DNA from: a virus
Virus record (IMG/VR): IMGVR_UViG_3300036817_000261
Location: 1 to 64,000 of that record
Strand: one strand, 5' to 3'
Length of the DNA stretch: 64,000 nt
In this document: in pieces, positions 54,997-63,491 of the stretch
Position numbering within the stretch: position 1 is the first letter of the stretch
How the letters are laid out: every line of letters starts with the position of its first letter
Translations under genes and position numbers: made by a program
The notes under the pieces: model-generated
Seen by the model: only the letters and a program-made list of their open reading frames with translations
The model's database searches: none
What the model was told of the DNA's origin: nothing

Positions 54997-55388
54997 AACG
55001 TCGCTCGTTTTTGCAGATGCTTGCCGCTTTAGCGGGAATCCCGTTCCTGCCTAGAACAGCGGCTAAGCCGGTCGGCCAGAATTCACTTGCTGGCCCGTTT
55101 TGTCCCCCAGGCTTCCAGGGTCCGATTGGTCCCGCAAGTTTAGGAGTTCCGGTCGGCACCATCCAGCCTTACATGGGCAAGCATGCGCCTCTTGGCTGGT
55201 TGCAATGTGATGGCAGAGTGATATCAGCTCACGAGTTCCCGGCATTGCACGCAGTGATCGGCAAACCCGGCAAAATCCCTTTCGCGTTGCCTGAGATGCG
55301 TCCCAACCTCGGCCTCGGCGTTAGCCACCAGCAAGGCTTCCAGCCCTATAGCGATTTCACTACTCTCCAGTACATAATTAAGACATGA
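54993..55388 (+). CDS. Tail-collar domain protein with twin-arginine signal
   Basis: MKRRSFLQMLAALAG; PVGTI..PLGWL.CDG..FPAL..FALP..YIIKT. Confidence 0.8.
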   Translation: MKRRSFLQMLAALAGIPFLPRTAAKPVGQNSLAGPFCPPGFQGPIGPASLGVPVGTIQPYMGKHAPLGWLQCDGRVISAHEFPALHAVIGKPGKIPFALPEMRPNLGLGVSHQQGFQPYSDFTTLQYIIKT

Positions 55389-56677
55389 AGCTCGACGTTT
55401 TCTACGTCACCTACCGGAACGACCTGTGCTGGGTCGTCTATTCAGCACAGCTTTTATTTAAGTACCTGAAAGCTGATTTCAGGGTCCACATTGTAGCGGA
55501 GCCCGACTGCGAAGAGATCTGTTCAACTTGGGGCCTGCCGTCAACCACCTTTCATTACGTTGCGCCCTGGCCGGACGGTTACGCCTTTGCGATGTATCAG
55601 AAGTCGATAGCAGATACTTACTCTGATGCTGACTACATCATGATTCTGGACTCAGATCACATGCTGATGCGCCCGGCCCAGCTCGAAAGCTTCATGGACG
55701 GCACCAAGCCGATCATCCGCTACAAAGAGTGGAACGATGATCCTAACGATGGATCCTTAATCGAGGGCAAGAAGCAGTGGGGGCCTCCAACCGAGCGCAC
55801 GCTGGGAATACCGCTGGATCGGGATTATATGCGCGGGCCTCCCTTTATCTTCGCTCGTAAGACTTTTGCTCGCGTGCGGGAGCGGGTTGAAGAGGTGACC
55901 GGGTTGCCATTCCATGATGCCGTCTACTCGAATAAACCCTACGACTATCGGACATTCCTCACCCATCCCAAAGTCTACTGCGATTATGAGGCCCTGGGGC
56001 TCTATGCGGCCAAGTTCGAACCTCATGATTACACCTTAGTGCACCAGCCGCCCAATGACGACTGGCCTTTCCGGGTTTTCTGGAGTTACGGCGATTGGAC
56101 GCAAGAGACGCGGGATCTGCTAGACAGTTTACTATATCGGCCAGAGCCATTCGATGGCGATATCTATGTCCAGACTCGAGTCGCCAGCCTTGTTAGTAAA
56201 CACGCCGTCGCTACCATCGTAGAGACCGGCACCTGCCGGGGCGATTCGACTAGGATCATGTCCCAGATGGCTCCTGTGGTCACGATGGAGCTTAACCCGG
56301 AGTTCTATCGCGCCACTAAGGACATGCCCAATGTGACCCGGCTCCAGGGCGATTCGGCTCAGCTTCTACCGAAGCTCCTGCCGGGAATCGCCGAGCCGAT
56401 TCTATTCTATCTGGACGCCCACTGGGGCGCTCACAGCCCACTCTTAGAAGAGCTGCAGGCTATCCGGCAGTGCCAGAAGCCTCCGGTTATCATCATTCAC
56501 GATTTCCAGAACCCTTACCGGGACGACCTGGGATACGACACCTGGGACATTGGCCCCTACACCATGGAGCTGATTGAACCCATACTGGAGCAGATCTACC
56601 CCAATGGCTATCTGCACCATCACAACATCGAAGCCTGCGGCCTACGGCGGGGGGTCGTCTACATCGAACCAGCATGA
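55385..56677 (+). CDS. Glycosyltransferase-like (DUF6492-like) / class I SAM methyltransferase fusion
   Basis: QK..AD..ILDSD N-domain; IVETGT.RG.S..GDS..FYLDAH..PLLEEL..IHD C-domain. Confidence 0.8.
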   Translation: MKLDVFYVTYRNDLCWVVYSAQLLFKYLKADFRVHIVAEPDCEEICSTWGLPSTTFHYVAPWPDGYAFAMYQKSIADTYSDADYIMILDSDHMLMRPAQLESFMDGTKPIIRYKEWNDDPNDGSLIEGKKQWGPPTERTLGIPLDRDYMRGPPFIFARKTFARVRERVEEVTGLPFHDAVYSNKPYDYRTFLTHPKVYCDYEALGLYAAKFEPHDYTLVHQPPNDDWPFRVFWSYGDWTQETRDLLDSLLYRPEPFDGDIYVQTRVASLVSKHAVATIVETGTCRGDSTRIMSQMAPVVTMELNPEFYRATKDMPNVTRLQGDSAQLLPKLLPGIAEPILFYLDAHWGAHSPLLEELQAIRQCQKPPVIIIHDFQNPYRDDLGYDTWDIGPYTMELIEPILEQIYPNGYLHHHNIEACGLRRGVVYIEPA

Positions 56678-56871
56678 TCACTAGTCTTCTCTACCTTGTT
56701 ATCGCAGCCATTGTTCTAGGGCTAATCTGGTGGGTCTGCACCCAGCTACCGTTTATGGCCCCTTTCGCACACATCATTCAGGTGCTGTGTGTCGTAGTCT
56801 TTGTCATCTACGTCATTTACATTCTAATCGGCTTTATCGGAGCGGGAGGTCACGCCGCAGTGCCGCGATGA
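56674..56871 (+). CDS. Small two-TM membrane protein
   Basis: Two TM helices linked by QLPFMAPF. Confidence 0.75.
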   Translation: MITSLLYLVIAAIVLGLIWWVCTQLPFMAPFAHIIQVLCVVVFVIYVIYILIGFIGAGGHAAVPR

Positions 56872-57683
56872 TCTCGCTGACGTTGCAGTGCTGCCCCTAC
56901 GACGTGGAAGCAGCCATCGAGCTGACCCGCTTAATTGTTAAGACTCAAAAGGAACGCAAGGCCGGAGCAGAGTTTTTCTTAATCTACCGCAAGGATTGTC
57001 CGACCGGCATCATTAAAGAGTTCCAAGCAATCGCAGGCCAGAAGTTTAAAGCCCTGGCCTGTGTCGCCCGCAACCACGACACCGGCTGGCCGGGCGGCTC
57101 CAACATGCTCGCGGCCAGCGCCTTTATCGAGATGGAGATCCTGCGCCGGAACGACACCGCCAGGAACGAAGCCTTTCTGCTTTTTGAGCCGGACTGTATC
57201 CCGATGGCCGAGGACTGGATAGAACAGCTCTCGAGCGAATGGGACCGGGCTAAAGCCCTAGGCAAAGAGGCGACTGGTCACTGGCACCAACAGGGCGATG
57301 GCAGCACCCTCCACATGAACGGCAACGCGATTTTCCGGTTCGACTACTTTGAGCGCCACCCGACCACAATAGTCGGCTGCGGCACCCAAGGGTGGGATTA
57401 CTGGTTCAGAGACCGGATCATCCCGATTAGCTGTGACACCTATGCGATCTACCAGCTTTACCAGCGCCAATCGATCACGATAGAGGAATTGGCCACGGTT
57501 ACGAAGCACGGTCGCCGACCGGCGCTGCTTCACGGGATCAAGGATTCGAGTGGCCGCAAAGCTGCCGAGGAGCTGATTTTTCCGTCACAAGTGCCTGAAA
57601 AACAGCAAAATTCTTTACTTATTCTTAAGGAAGAGGTGCCAGACGCACAAAATGTGCTTGCACCGATGCCTGTTGAGGAGTAA
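56868..57683 (+). CDS. Glycosyltransferase-like protein
   Basis: GWP.G.N..FEPDCIP..W..HMNGNA..WD..HG.KD, a GT-A-like pattern. Confidence 0.6.
   Translation: MISLTLQCCPYDVEAAIELTRLIVKTQKERKAGAEFFLIYRKDCPTGIIKEFQAIAGQKFKALACVARNHDTGWPGGSNMLAASAFIEMEILRRNDTARNEAFLLFEPDCIPMAEDWIEQLSSEWDRAKALGKEATGHWHQQGDGSTLHMNGNAIFRFDYFERHPTTIVGCGTQGWDYWFRDRIIPISCDTYAIYQLYQRQSITIEELATVTKHGRRPALLHGIKDSSGRKAAEELIFPSQVPEKQQNSLLILKEEVPDAQNVLAPMPVEE
57586..57631 (+). repeat. Dispersed ~44-bp element, degenerate copy 4
   Basis: CACAAGTGCCTGAAAAACAGCAAAATTCTTTACTTATTCTTAAGGA. Confidence 0.6.
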
Positions 57684-57698
57684 GCCAAAAACTGCAGT

Positions 57699-57841
57699 TC
57701 GGCAGAATCTGCTCTCTTTTTCTGCCAAGGCCTGTCACCGGGGCCTCTAGAGTTGTTCGGGGTGCGTTAAGGGAATCAAGCTGGCGGGCGAGCCAGGAAA
57801 CCGCACCCCAATTCTGCCTTTTTACAGGCAACATCTCTAGA
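57699..57841 (+). promoter_or_regulatory. Structured 5' leader of the major capsid gene
   Basis: Nested helices TCTAGAG/CTCTAGA, GGGGTGCG/CGCACCCC, CTGGC/GCCAG, TGCCT/AGGCA, GGCAGAA/TTCTGCC. Confidence 0.55.
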
Positions 57842-57851
57842 TCATAACGTT

Positions 57852-59093
57852 ATGGGCGACTGTATTGTAACCCCGGTCCAGGCCGTTGACTTTGCTAACA
57901 GAGACAACAACAGGCTGGTCGGGCAGATCACAACTCTCATTATGCGGCGCGCGCCGTACAATGACACTCTCGATGGCGGCGTTTTCGAGAACGCTATTTC
58001 CGATCAGCAACGCAACGTAGTCGTTGAACGACCGATTCTGGGCCAGTCACTGGTTCTACCAGAATACATCAACGACACCGATTCCTGCGGCACCTTTGGA
58101 CAGATCGCGCAAGTCGGCACGACCGAATATGTAACTCGGTTAGGTACGCTTAGAGGTCGCGGCCCGAAGGTTTGCGTAAAGCAAATGCGCAGTGCGTTCC
58201 AGAACTCATATGTCGCAGTTCAAGACTCACTCCAAAAGCAGTTACTCTATCTGGCTAACTGCGACGTGCGTTCTCAGCTGTTTTTACATAGCGGCGTTAA
58301 GGTTAAGATTAACCAGGGCCGCACGTTTGAGCAGATGGTCAACGGCGATGTGCAGATGATTGACGTTCCCGTCAATGACTCGACGCCGCCGGATGCAAAC
58401 CTGACCTTCTCGTTCCTGCAGTACTTGTTAGTTTTCGCACATGAAACTTTACTGTGCGAGAGCTTCGAATCCGAGAAGGGAACGGTAGCTAAATTCATCG
58501 GCGCACAGACGCAATTGAACGTCTTCCGCGATGAACTCAATGTTCACCAAGACTTGCAGTACCTAACTACTGGCCGCTACGAGCTTGGTAATGAGTCCAT
58601 AACCGGGTACTCCTGGGAAGGACCCTATAGAGGCATTGCATTTGGCATTGATCAGCAGCCTCTCAGGTTCAACCAGTTCACCGTCTTAAACGGCCAGCTG
58701 ATTCCACAGTTCATCGAGCCCGAGATTGCGGTGCCGGTGACCACGGGCTTCGGCGCGCGGACTAACCCAGCGTGGCTCTACGCTCAGTACGAGGTTGGTT
58801 TCCTCATGTTCGCCAACTCGTTCCGCCGGTTAGTTCCCGAGCAATACTTAGGAGTTGGTGATTGGAAATTTCCGGCTCAATTCGCACAAGGCGAATTGGA
58901 GTTCACGGTCATCCGCGACAACGACTGCAACACCTACGGCGATTACGGCTACCACATCTATCAGATGATCCGAGCCTATCGCCCGGAGCGCCCTCATGCC
59001 GTGATTCCCATCATGTACAAGAGGTGCAACCCGACCTTCAACTTCCTAACCTGCCCGAGCTATCCTGGCTCTGCTAGCGGTTACGCGATGTAA
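57852..59093 (+). CDS. Major capsid protein (putative)
   Basis: 413 aa; downstream of scaffold, followed by a terminator and adaptor genes. Confidence 0.8.
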   Translation: MGDCIVTPVQAVDFANRDNNRLVGQITTLIMRRAPYNDTLDGGVFENAISDQQRNVVVERPILGQSLVLPEYINDTDSCGTFGQIAQVGTTEYVTRLGTLRGRGPKVCVKQMRSAFQNSYVAVQDSLQKQLLYLANCDVRSQLFLHSGVKVKINQGRTFEQMVNGDVQMIDVPVNDSTPPDANLTFSFLQYLLVFAHETLLCESFESEKGTVAKFIGAQTQLNVFRDELNVHQDLQYLTTGRYELGNESITGYSWEGPYRGIAFGIDQQPLRFNQFTVLNGQLIPQFIEPEIAVPVTTGFGARTNPAWLYAQYEVGFLMFANSFRRLVPEQYLGVGDWKFPAQFAQGELEFTVIRDNDCNTYGDYGYHIYQMIRAYRPERPHAVIPIMYKRCNPTFNFLTCPSYPGSASGYAM

Positions 59094-59099
59094 TCAAAT

Positions 59100-59131
59100 C
59101 AGGGCGGCGTCAAAGCCGCCCTGTTAGTTTT
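59100..59131 (+). terminator. Terminator after capsid gene
   Basis: CAGGGCGGC-N6-GCCGCCCTG then TTAGTTTT. Confidence 0.7.
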
Positions 59132-59247
59132 CCACCGGGAGGGGTCGGGAGTGGCCTTTAAACCCAAAACAGAAAGGAAACGCCAATTAGTTTTTCTTCA
59201 AGAAACTAAAAAGAAAGTTCACGGCAATTCCTGGCCCCTCATTTTTT

Positions 59248-59583
59248 ATGAGCAAAACAATCGATCTCGGTAAAAGGCCTTCTGAGCTGGAGGACTCTAT
59301 CATGCCCAGCAACAAAAAGGATGAGCCTTACTATCCTGACCTCTACATCGATAGCGATGATCCGAAGTTAGCTGACATCCCCGACAAAGGGGAGTGCATG
59401 ATCAAGTATCGAGTGTGCAGCCGGACGCACCGGGAGGAAGGAAAGGATAAGGACAAGAAGCACTCCTGCTCAGTCCGCTTAGAGATCATGTCGATCACCC
59501 CTCCTGAAAAGGAGAAGAAGAAAAACGGCAGCTACGGCGAGGACGCCCGCAAAAGCTTTGGTGACTATTTCAAAGGCAAATGA
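59248..59583 (+). CDS. Hypothetical structural-module protein
   Basis: 111 aa; ATGA overlap with adaptor. Confidence 0.7.
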   Translation: MSKTIDLGKRPSELEDSIMPSNKKDEPYYPDLYIDSDDPKLADIPDKGECMIKYRVCSRTHREEGKDKDKKHSCSVRLEIMSITPPEKEKKKNGSYGEDARKSFGDYFKGK

Positions 59584-61454
59584 TTATCGCAAGTGAAGTC
59601 TTTAATCAGGTTGGCCGGGTGCTAGGCACCTGCGACGACGGCTACGTCTATGACGTCTTAACTCGAGCGGTCGAGTTGCTCGCCAACAAGCCCACTAAAA
59701 CTAACATCCTGTGGGATCCGATGCTGATCTATGTCGATATCCCCATTGTCCAGAATTACTACGTCTGTCTTCCGCCCCACGTCGAAAAGCCGGTTAAAGT
59801 TAACATCAATAAGCAGCCAAGCTTCACCCGGAACCAGTTCTTTGAGTTCAGTATCAACGGGCCCGGCAGCCAGGACCCGGAATCAGGCTTTAGCTGGCAA
59901 GATCGAGGCTGGAACTGTTTGCAGAAGCCCTGGCCCGCCAGTGGCGACTACCTTTTTATTGGTTCGACTAACGCAAACGACAACAACACCCAGGTCCTAG
60001 TCAACATCATCAACCAAGATCATTCGACTACGTGGTTGACCGTCTTTATCGGCCAAGCCACGACAGTTAAAGCCTACGGGATTCAGGAAGTTTCTAAGCC
60101 GGTCACTCAAGGCACCCTGCAGCTCTATTCGGGGCCTTTCATCATCCAGTCAAAGCTTGTGGCTAACTGGGGACCCACGGTGCTCTATCCCCAGTTTGAA
60201 TGGATCAAACTCTCGCAGGCCGGAGTCAGTGCGAAGATCTTAGCTCGCCGCCGGACCTATAAAATCACTTCTTCAACCGATGTCATCCCCCTCTCCAACC
60301 GCCAAGCCATCATAACCTCCTGCATCGCCATCAAAGCCTACGACACCCTCAACTGGGACGACGCAGCAACCGCAGAGCAGAATGCTTTTCGATTTCTGGA
60401 CGAGGATCAAGCAGCCCGGAACCTCTTCCAGAGAGTTTCCAACATGGCCGAAACCACTCCGACGCTTAATCTCCAGATCAACACCCGAGACGCGATCATC
60501 GTTGCCGACATCTACGACTTCGCCTGCGACGTCTTCGGCCCCATAGGCCAGCAGAAGATTTTCGACCGGATGACCGAGGCAATCGAGTTGCTGGCTAACC
60601 TCGGGCCTAACTGGGACCCCTTGATTGGTTACGTGGATATCCAGACCTGGGATTCCTTCTATGTGACGCTCCCCTACTACGTGGATCAGGTTTTGGCCAT
60701 CAATGTGAATAAGTCGGTCGGCACCTTTCGTAATGAGTGGTTCGAATTCCACATGAACGGGTTGGGCCAAGACAACGATAATGCCGATGCGGTGGGCTCA
60801 AACCGCCCCTGCGGCGGCTGGGAAGAGGTGGGAGAGTTCCCATGCGCCTTTCCTTTATTCAGCCCGGCTTACTTGGTAGCGCAGCCGGTGAGCGCGGGCG
60901 ACAACGGGATCCTTATCCGAGCCTGGGGGATCGATCAGAATGATCTTCCGATCATGTCGGTCTCGGACGGTCGCCCAGGGGCCAGGATAAGTTGTGAGCA
61001 AACCGGCTACGACCTCTCGGATCAATCGGTCCCCTACAAGCGGGTTGACCGGATAGTGATCGAGGGAGCCAACCAGGGTTTCATCACCCTTTACGCAACC
61101 GATGGGACCCAACTATTGCAGAATTTAGGAACGTTCTGGCCGGGCGTCCCAGAGCCTCGGTTCCGGGTGATCAGGATCGGGCAAAAAGCGGTCACGATCC
61201 GCATGCGCTACAAGAAGCGGTGGCTCAAAATCTCAAGCCTTACTGACCCCATTCACATGCGCAGCCGTTCTGCCATGTTTAATGCGCTGCGCTCGATCCA
61301 GACGTCCACCACTGACCCTAATAGCGCCCAGGCCCTCCTTATGGCCGCAAAGACGCAGCTCAACCAAGAATGGCGCGCCACTCACCCGCAGGACGACTTA
61401 AGCCTGCAATTTGATCCATCGATCTGGGGAGGTTCGATGATCACGATGCCATGA
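59580..61454 (+). CDS. Head-tail adaptor-like protein with two tandem ~310-aa repeats
   Basis: A.ELLAN..WDP...YVDI..V.LP..V..N.NK..RN..FEF..NG.G occurs twice. Confidence 0.7.
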   Translation: MIIASEVFNQVGRVLGTCDDGYVYDVLTRAVELLANKPTKTNILWDPMLIYVDIPIVQNYYVCLPPHVEKPVKVNINKQPSFTRNQFFEFSINGPGSQDPESGFSWQDRGWNCLQKPWPASGDYLFIGSTNANDNNTQVLVNIINQDHSTTWLTVFIGQATTVKAYGIQEVSKPVTQGTLQLYSGPFIIQSKLVANWGPTVLYPQFEWIKLSQAGVSAKILARRRTYKITSSTDVIPLSNRQAIITSCIAIKAYDTLNWDDAATAEQNAFRFLDEDQAARNLFQRVSNMAETTPTLNLQINTRDAIIVADIYDFACDVFGPIGQQKIFDRMTEAIELLANLGPNWDPLIGYVDIQTWDSFYVTLPYYVDQVLAINVNKSVGTFRNEWFEFHMNGLGQDNDNADAVGSNRPCGGWEEVGEFPCAFPLFSPAYLVAQPVSAGDNGILIRAWGIDQNDLPIMSVSDGRPGARISCEQTGYDLSDQSVPYKRVDRIVIEGANQGFITLYATDGTQLLQNLGTFWPGVPEPRFRVIRIGQKAVTIRMRYKKRWLKISSLTDPIHMRSRSAMFNALRSIQTSTTDPNSAQALLMAAKTQLNQEWRATHPQDDLSLQFDPSIWGGSMITMP

Positions 61455-61455
61455 T

Positions 61456-63303
61456 ATGGCTGCGCAGAACTACCAGATTATCTTGGACGGCCAGTATGTG
61501 GGCGGAGTTGATTCGCTGCTCTATCCGACTGACTTAGCTCAAGGCACCTACGCCTGGACAGTCAACACGGTTAACCGGGGTGGCATCGTGCAAACCCGGC
61601 CCGGTAAACGGCGCATCGTGTCTTTCTGTGGCAGGCGCGGCCAAGGCCATTACTGGGTCCGCACAATTGATGACCTCAACTACGAAATGGTGGCCATTGA
61701 CGGCAAGGTTTACTGGGCAATAGCACCACTGGCTCAAGGCGGCAGCGCCTGGACCCAGCTAGCCGGAGTTAGTTTTAATCCTGATGCCCAATGGATCTAC
61801 TTCTCGAATTCGGTCCAGGCCCTCAAATACGATGACGCTAACAACATCGTTGTTTTACCCAATCCAAAGAATGTCGTCTTCATGCAGGACGGCACCAGCC
61901 AGCCCTGCTACTGGGATTTGAGCGACTTTTCTAGCGGGATTGTCAACGAGAGCTATGTGACGGGCAACCCGCGCAAGCCCATGCCGATCGGCACGGCTAT
62001 GCTTTGGCAGGATAACCGGCTCTGGTTAGCTCAAAATGAGTTAGTTTTTGCGAGCGATCTGCTTTACGGCGCTAGTTTCACCGAAGAAGGATATCTGGCC
62101 AGCCAGACGGGCTTCCGTTTCCCGCGCAAGGTCGTAAACCTCTACCCAGCGCCGGTCCAGGGAGTCAATGTCTACACCGATAGCTCTTTCCATGCGCTCC
62201 AGAGCTTTATTCAGGACCGGACCACTTGGTCAACCACTCCTAATTTCCAGAGCGATATTAACTTGGAAATCGGCCTCGTGGGGCCCTTCGCTTATGGGCT
62301 CTTGCACGGCATGCCCTGGTTAATGACCCACCGGGGGATCATCAGCTATGACCGGGCACTCACCACTAACCTCTCCACGGTGATTCTGACGGCGGATGGT
62401 GAAATGCAGCGCTCTAAGGACTTACTCGCCCCGGATATCAGCGGGATCACGCTTGGAGTCTGGGAAAACATCCTGCTAGTCGCAGTTCCGGCCAGCGCCC
62501 TCCAGAACCGGCACACTTGGATCATGGACGCCGGGATTGCCGAGAAACTCAATAACACTCAAGGGGCCTGTTGGAGCGGCATCTGGGTGGGAACTTTTCC
62601 TATTCAGTTTACTAGCCCGATCGTGAATGGCACCCAGCATAACTACGAGCTGGCTTATTCTGGAGGTTTCCTTGCTCTCAACGCTGGGGACAGCCCCAGC
62701 CCGCAGCCGGAAGGTACTATGGCCCTCCAGGCTAATATCCATCTGTGGGAAAACTTCATTCCTAATCAGATCGATAATAACGAGACCGATGTTAGCTGCA
62801 GCTTTGAGACCAAGGCTTTCACGCTGACAACCGACGACTACTACCGGTTCGTTTTCGCCGAATTCATGATTATTAACTTAAAAGGAGTGGTCCCGGTGCA
62901 GGTTTATGTGACGGGCCTTGCCGGGAACTATCAGCCGCTTTTTTCGACGAGCTTGCGGGCCGACGTGGGGCCCTGGGGCAACCCCAGTCTCGAGACAGTC
63001 CTTTACTACGTCGCTGAGGGCCGCACGACCGAGTTTGAGAACTATCGCAAACAGGTCCGGCACATGCGGACTAAAGAGTTCGTGGTCAACGAAGAGAATA
63101 ATACGAGCGACGGCGCGGCCTGTGTCGAGATTGGTCGCCCGGATGGGATCGATAAAGCTTTCCAGATAATGATCCAGTGGCAGGGCCGGATGGGCATCCG
63201 CATGATCAAATTCTTTTACGACCGGCAGCTGCAATCGCCCCAGGGTGTTTGCCCGGTCGACGAGTCCACCACCCCGCACATTGTTTTGGAGGCAACCGCA
63301 TGA
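61456..63303 (+). CDS. Tail nozzle / DNA-stabilisation protein (beta-propeller-like)
   Basis: GG..N..NRGG..QTRPG N-terminus; NRLWLA..SD; position after adaptor. Confidence 0.7.
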   Translation: MAAQNYQIILDGQYVGGVDSLLYPTDLAQGTYAWTVNTVNRGGIVQTRPGKRRIVSFCGRRGQGHYWVRTIDDLNYEMVAIDGKVYWAIAPLAQGGSAWTQLAGVSFNPDAQWIYFSNSVQALKYDDANNIVVLPNPKNVVFMQDGTSQPCYWDLSDFSSGIVNESYVTGNPRKPMPIGTAMLWQDNRLWLAQNELVFASDLLYGASFTEEGYLASQTGFRFPRKVVNLYPAPVQGVNVYTDSSFHALQSFIQDRTTWSTTPNFQSDINLEIGLVGPFAYGLLHGMPWLMTHRGIISYDRALTTNLSTVILTADGEMQRSKDLLAPDISGITLGVWENILLVAVPASALQNRHTWIMDAGIAEKLNNTQGACWSGIWVGTFPIQFTSPIVNGTQHNYELAYSGGFLALNAGDSPSPQPEGTMALQANIHLWENFIPNQIDNNETDVSCSFETKAFTLTTDDYYRFVFAEFMIINLKGVVPVQVYVTGLAGNYQPLFSTSLRADVGPWGNPSLETVLYYVAEGRTTEFENYRKQVRHMRTKEFVVNEENNTSDGAACVEIGRPDGIDKAFQIMIQWQGRMGIRMIKFFYDRQLQSPQGVCPVDESTTPHIVLEATA

Positions 63304-63488
63304 GCAGCCCGCCTACACCTCCCAGCCAGGGAGTAGTTCATCTGGTGCCGCAAACCGGCATGCCGCCGGTCTACCAGAAACGTTCCAGGGAACTCATCTA
63401 TGACGCTCTGCAAATGGACGTGAGATTCATCAAGAATCCCTTCGGCCCGCAGCTCCTGATCTTGTCACGACCTAACCATCACTGGTAG
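63300..63488 (+). CDS. Small hypothetical protein
   Basis: ATGA overlap. Confidence 0.55.
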   Translation: MSSPPTPPSQGVVHLVPQTGMPPVYQKRSRELIYDALQMDVRFIKNPFGPQLLILSRPNHHW

Positions 63489-63491
63489 CCC

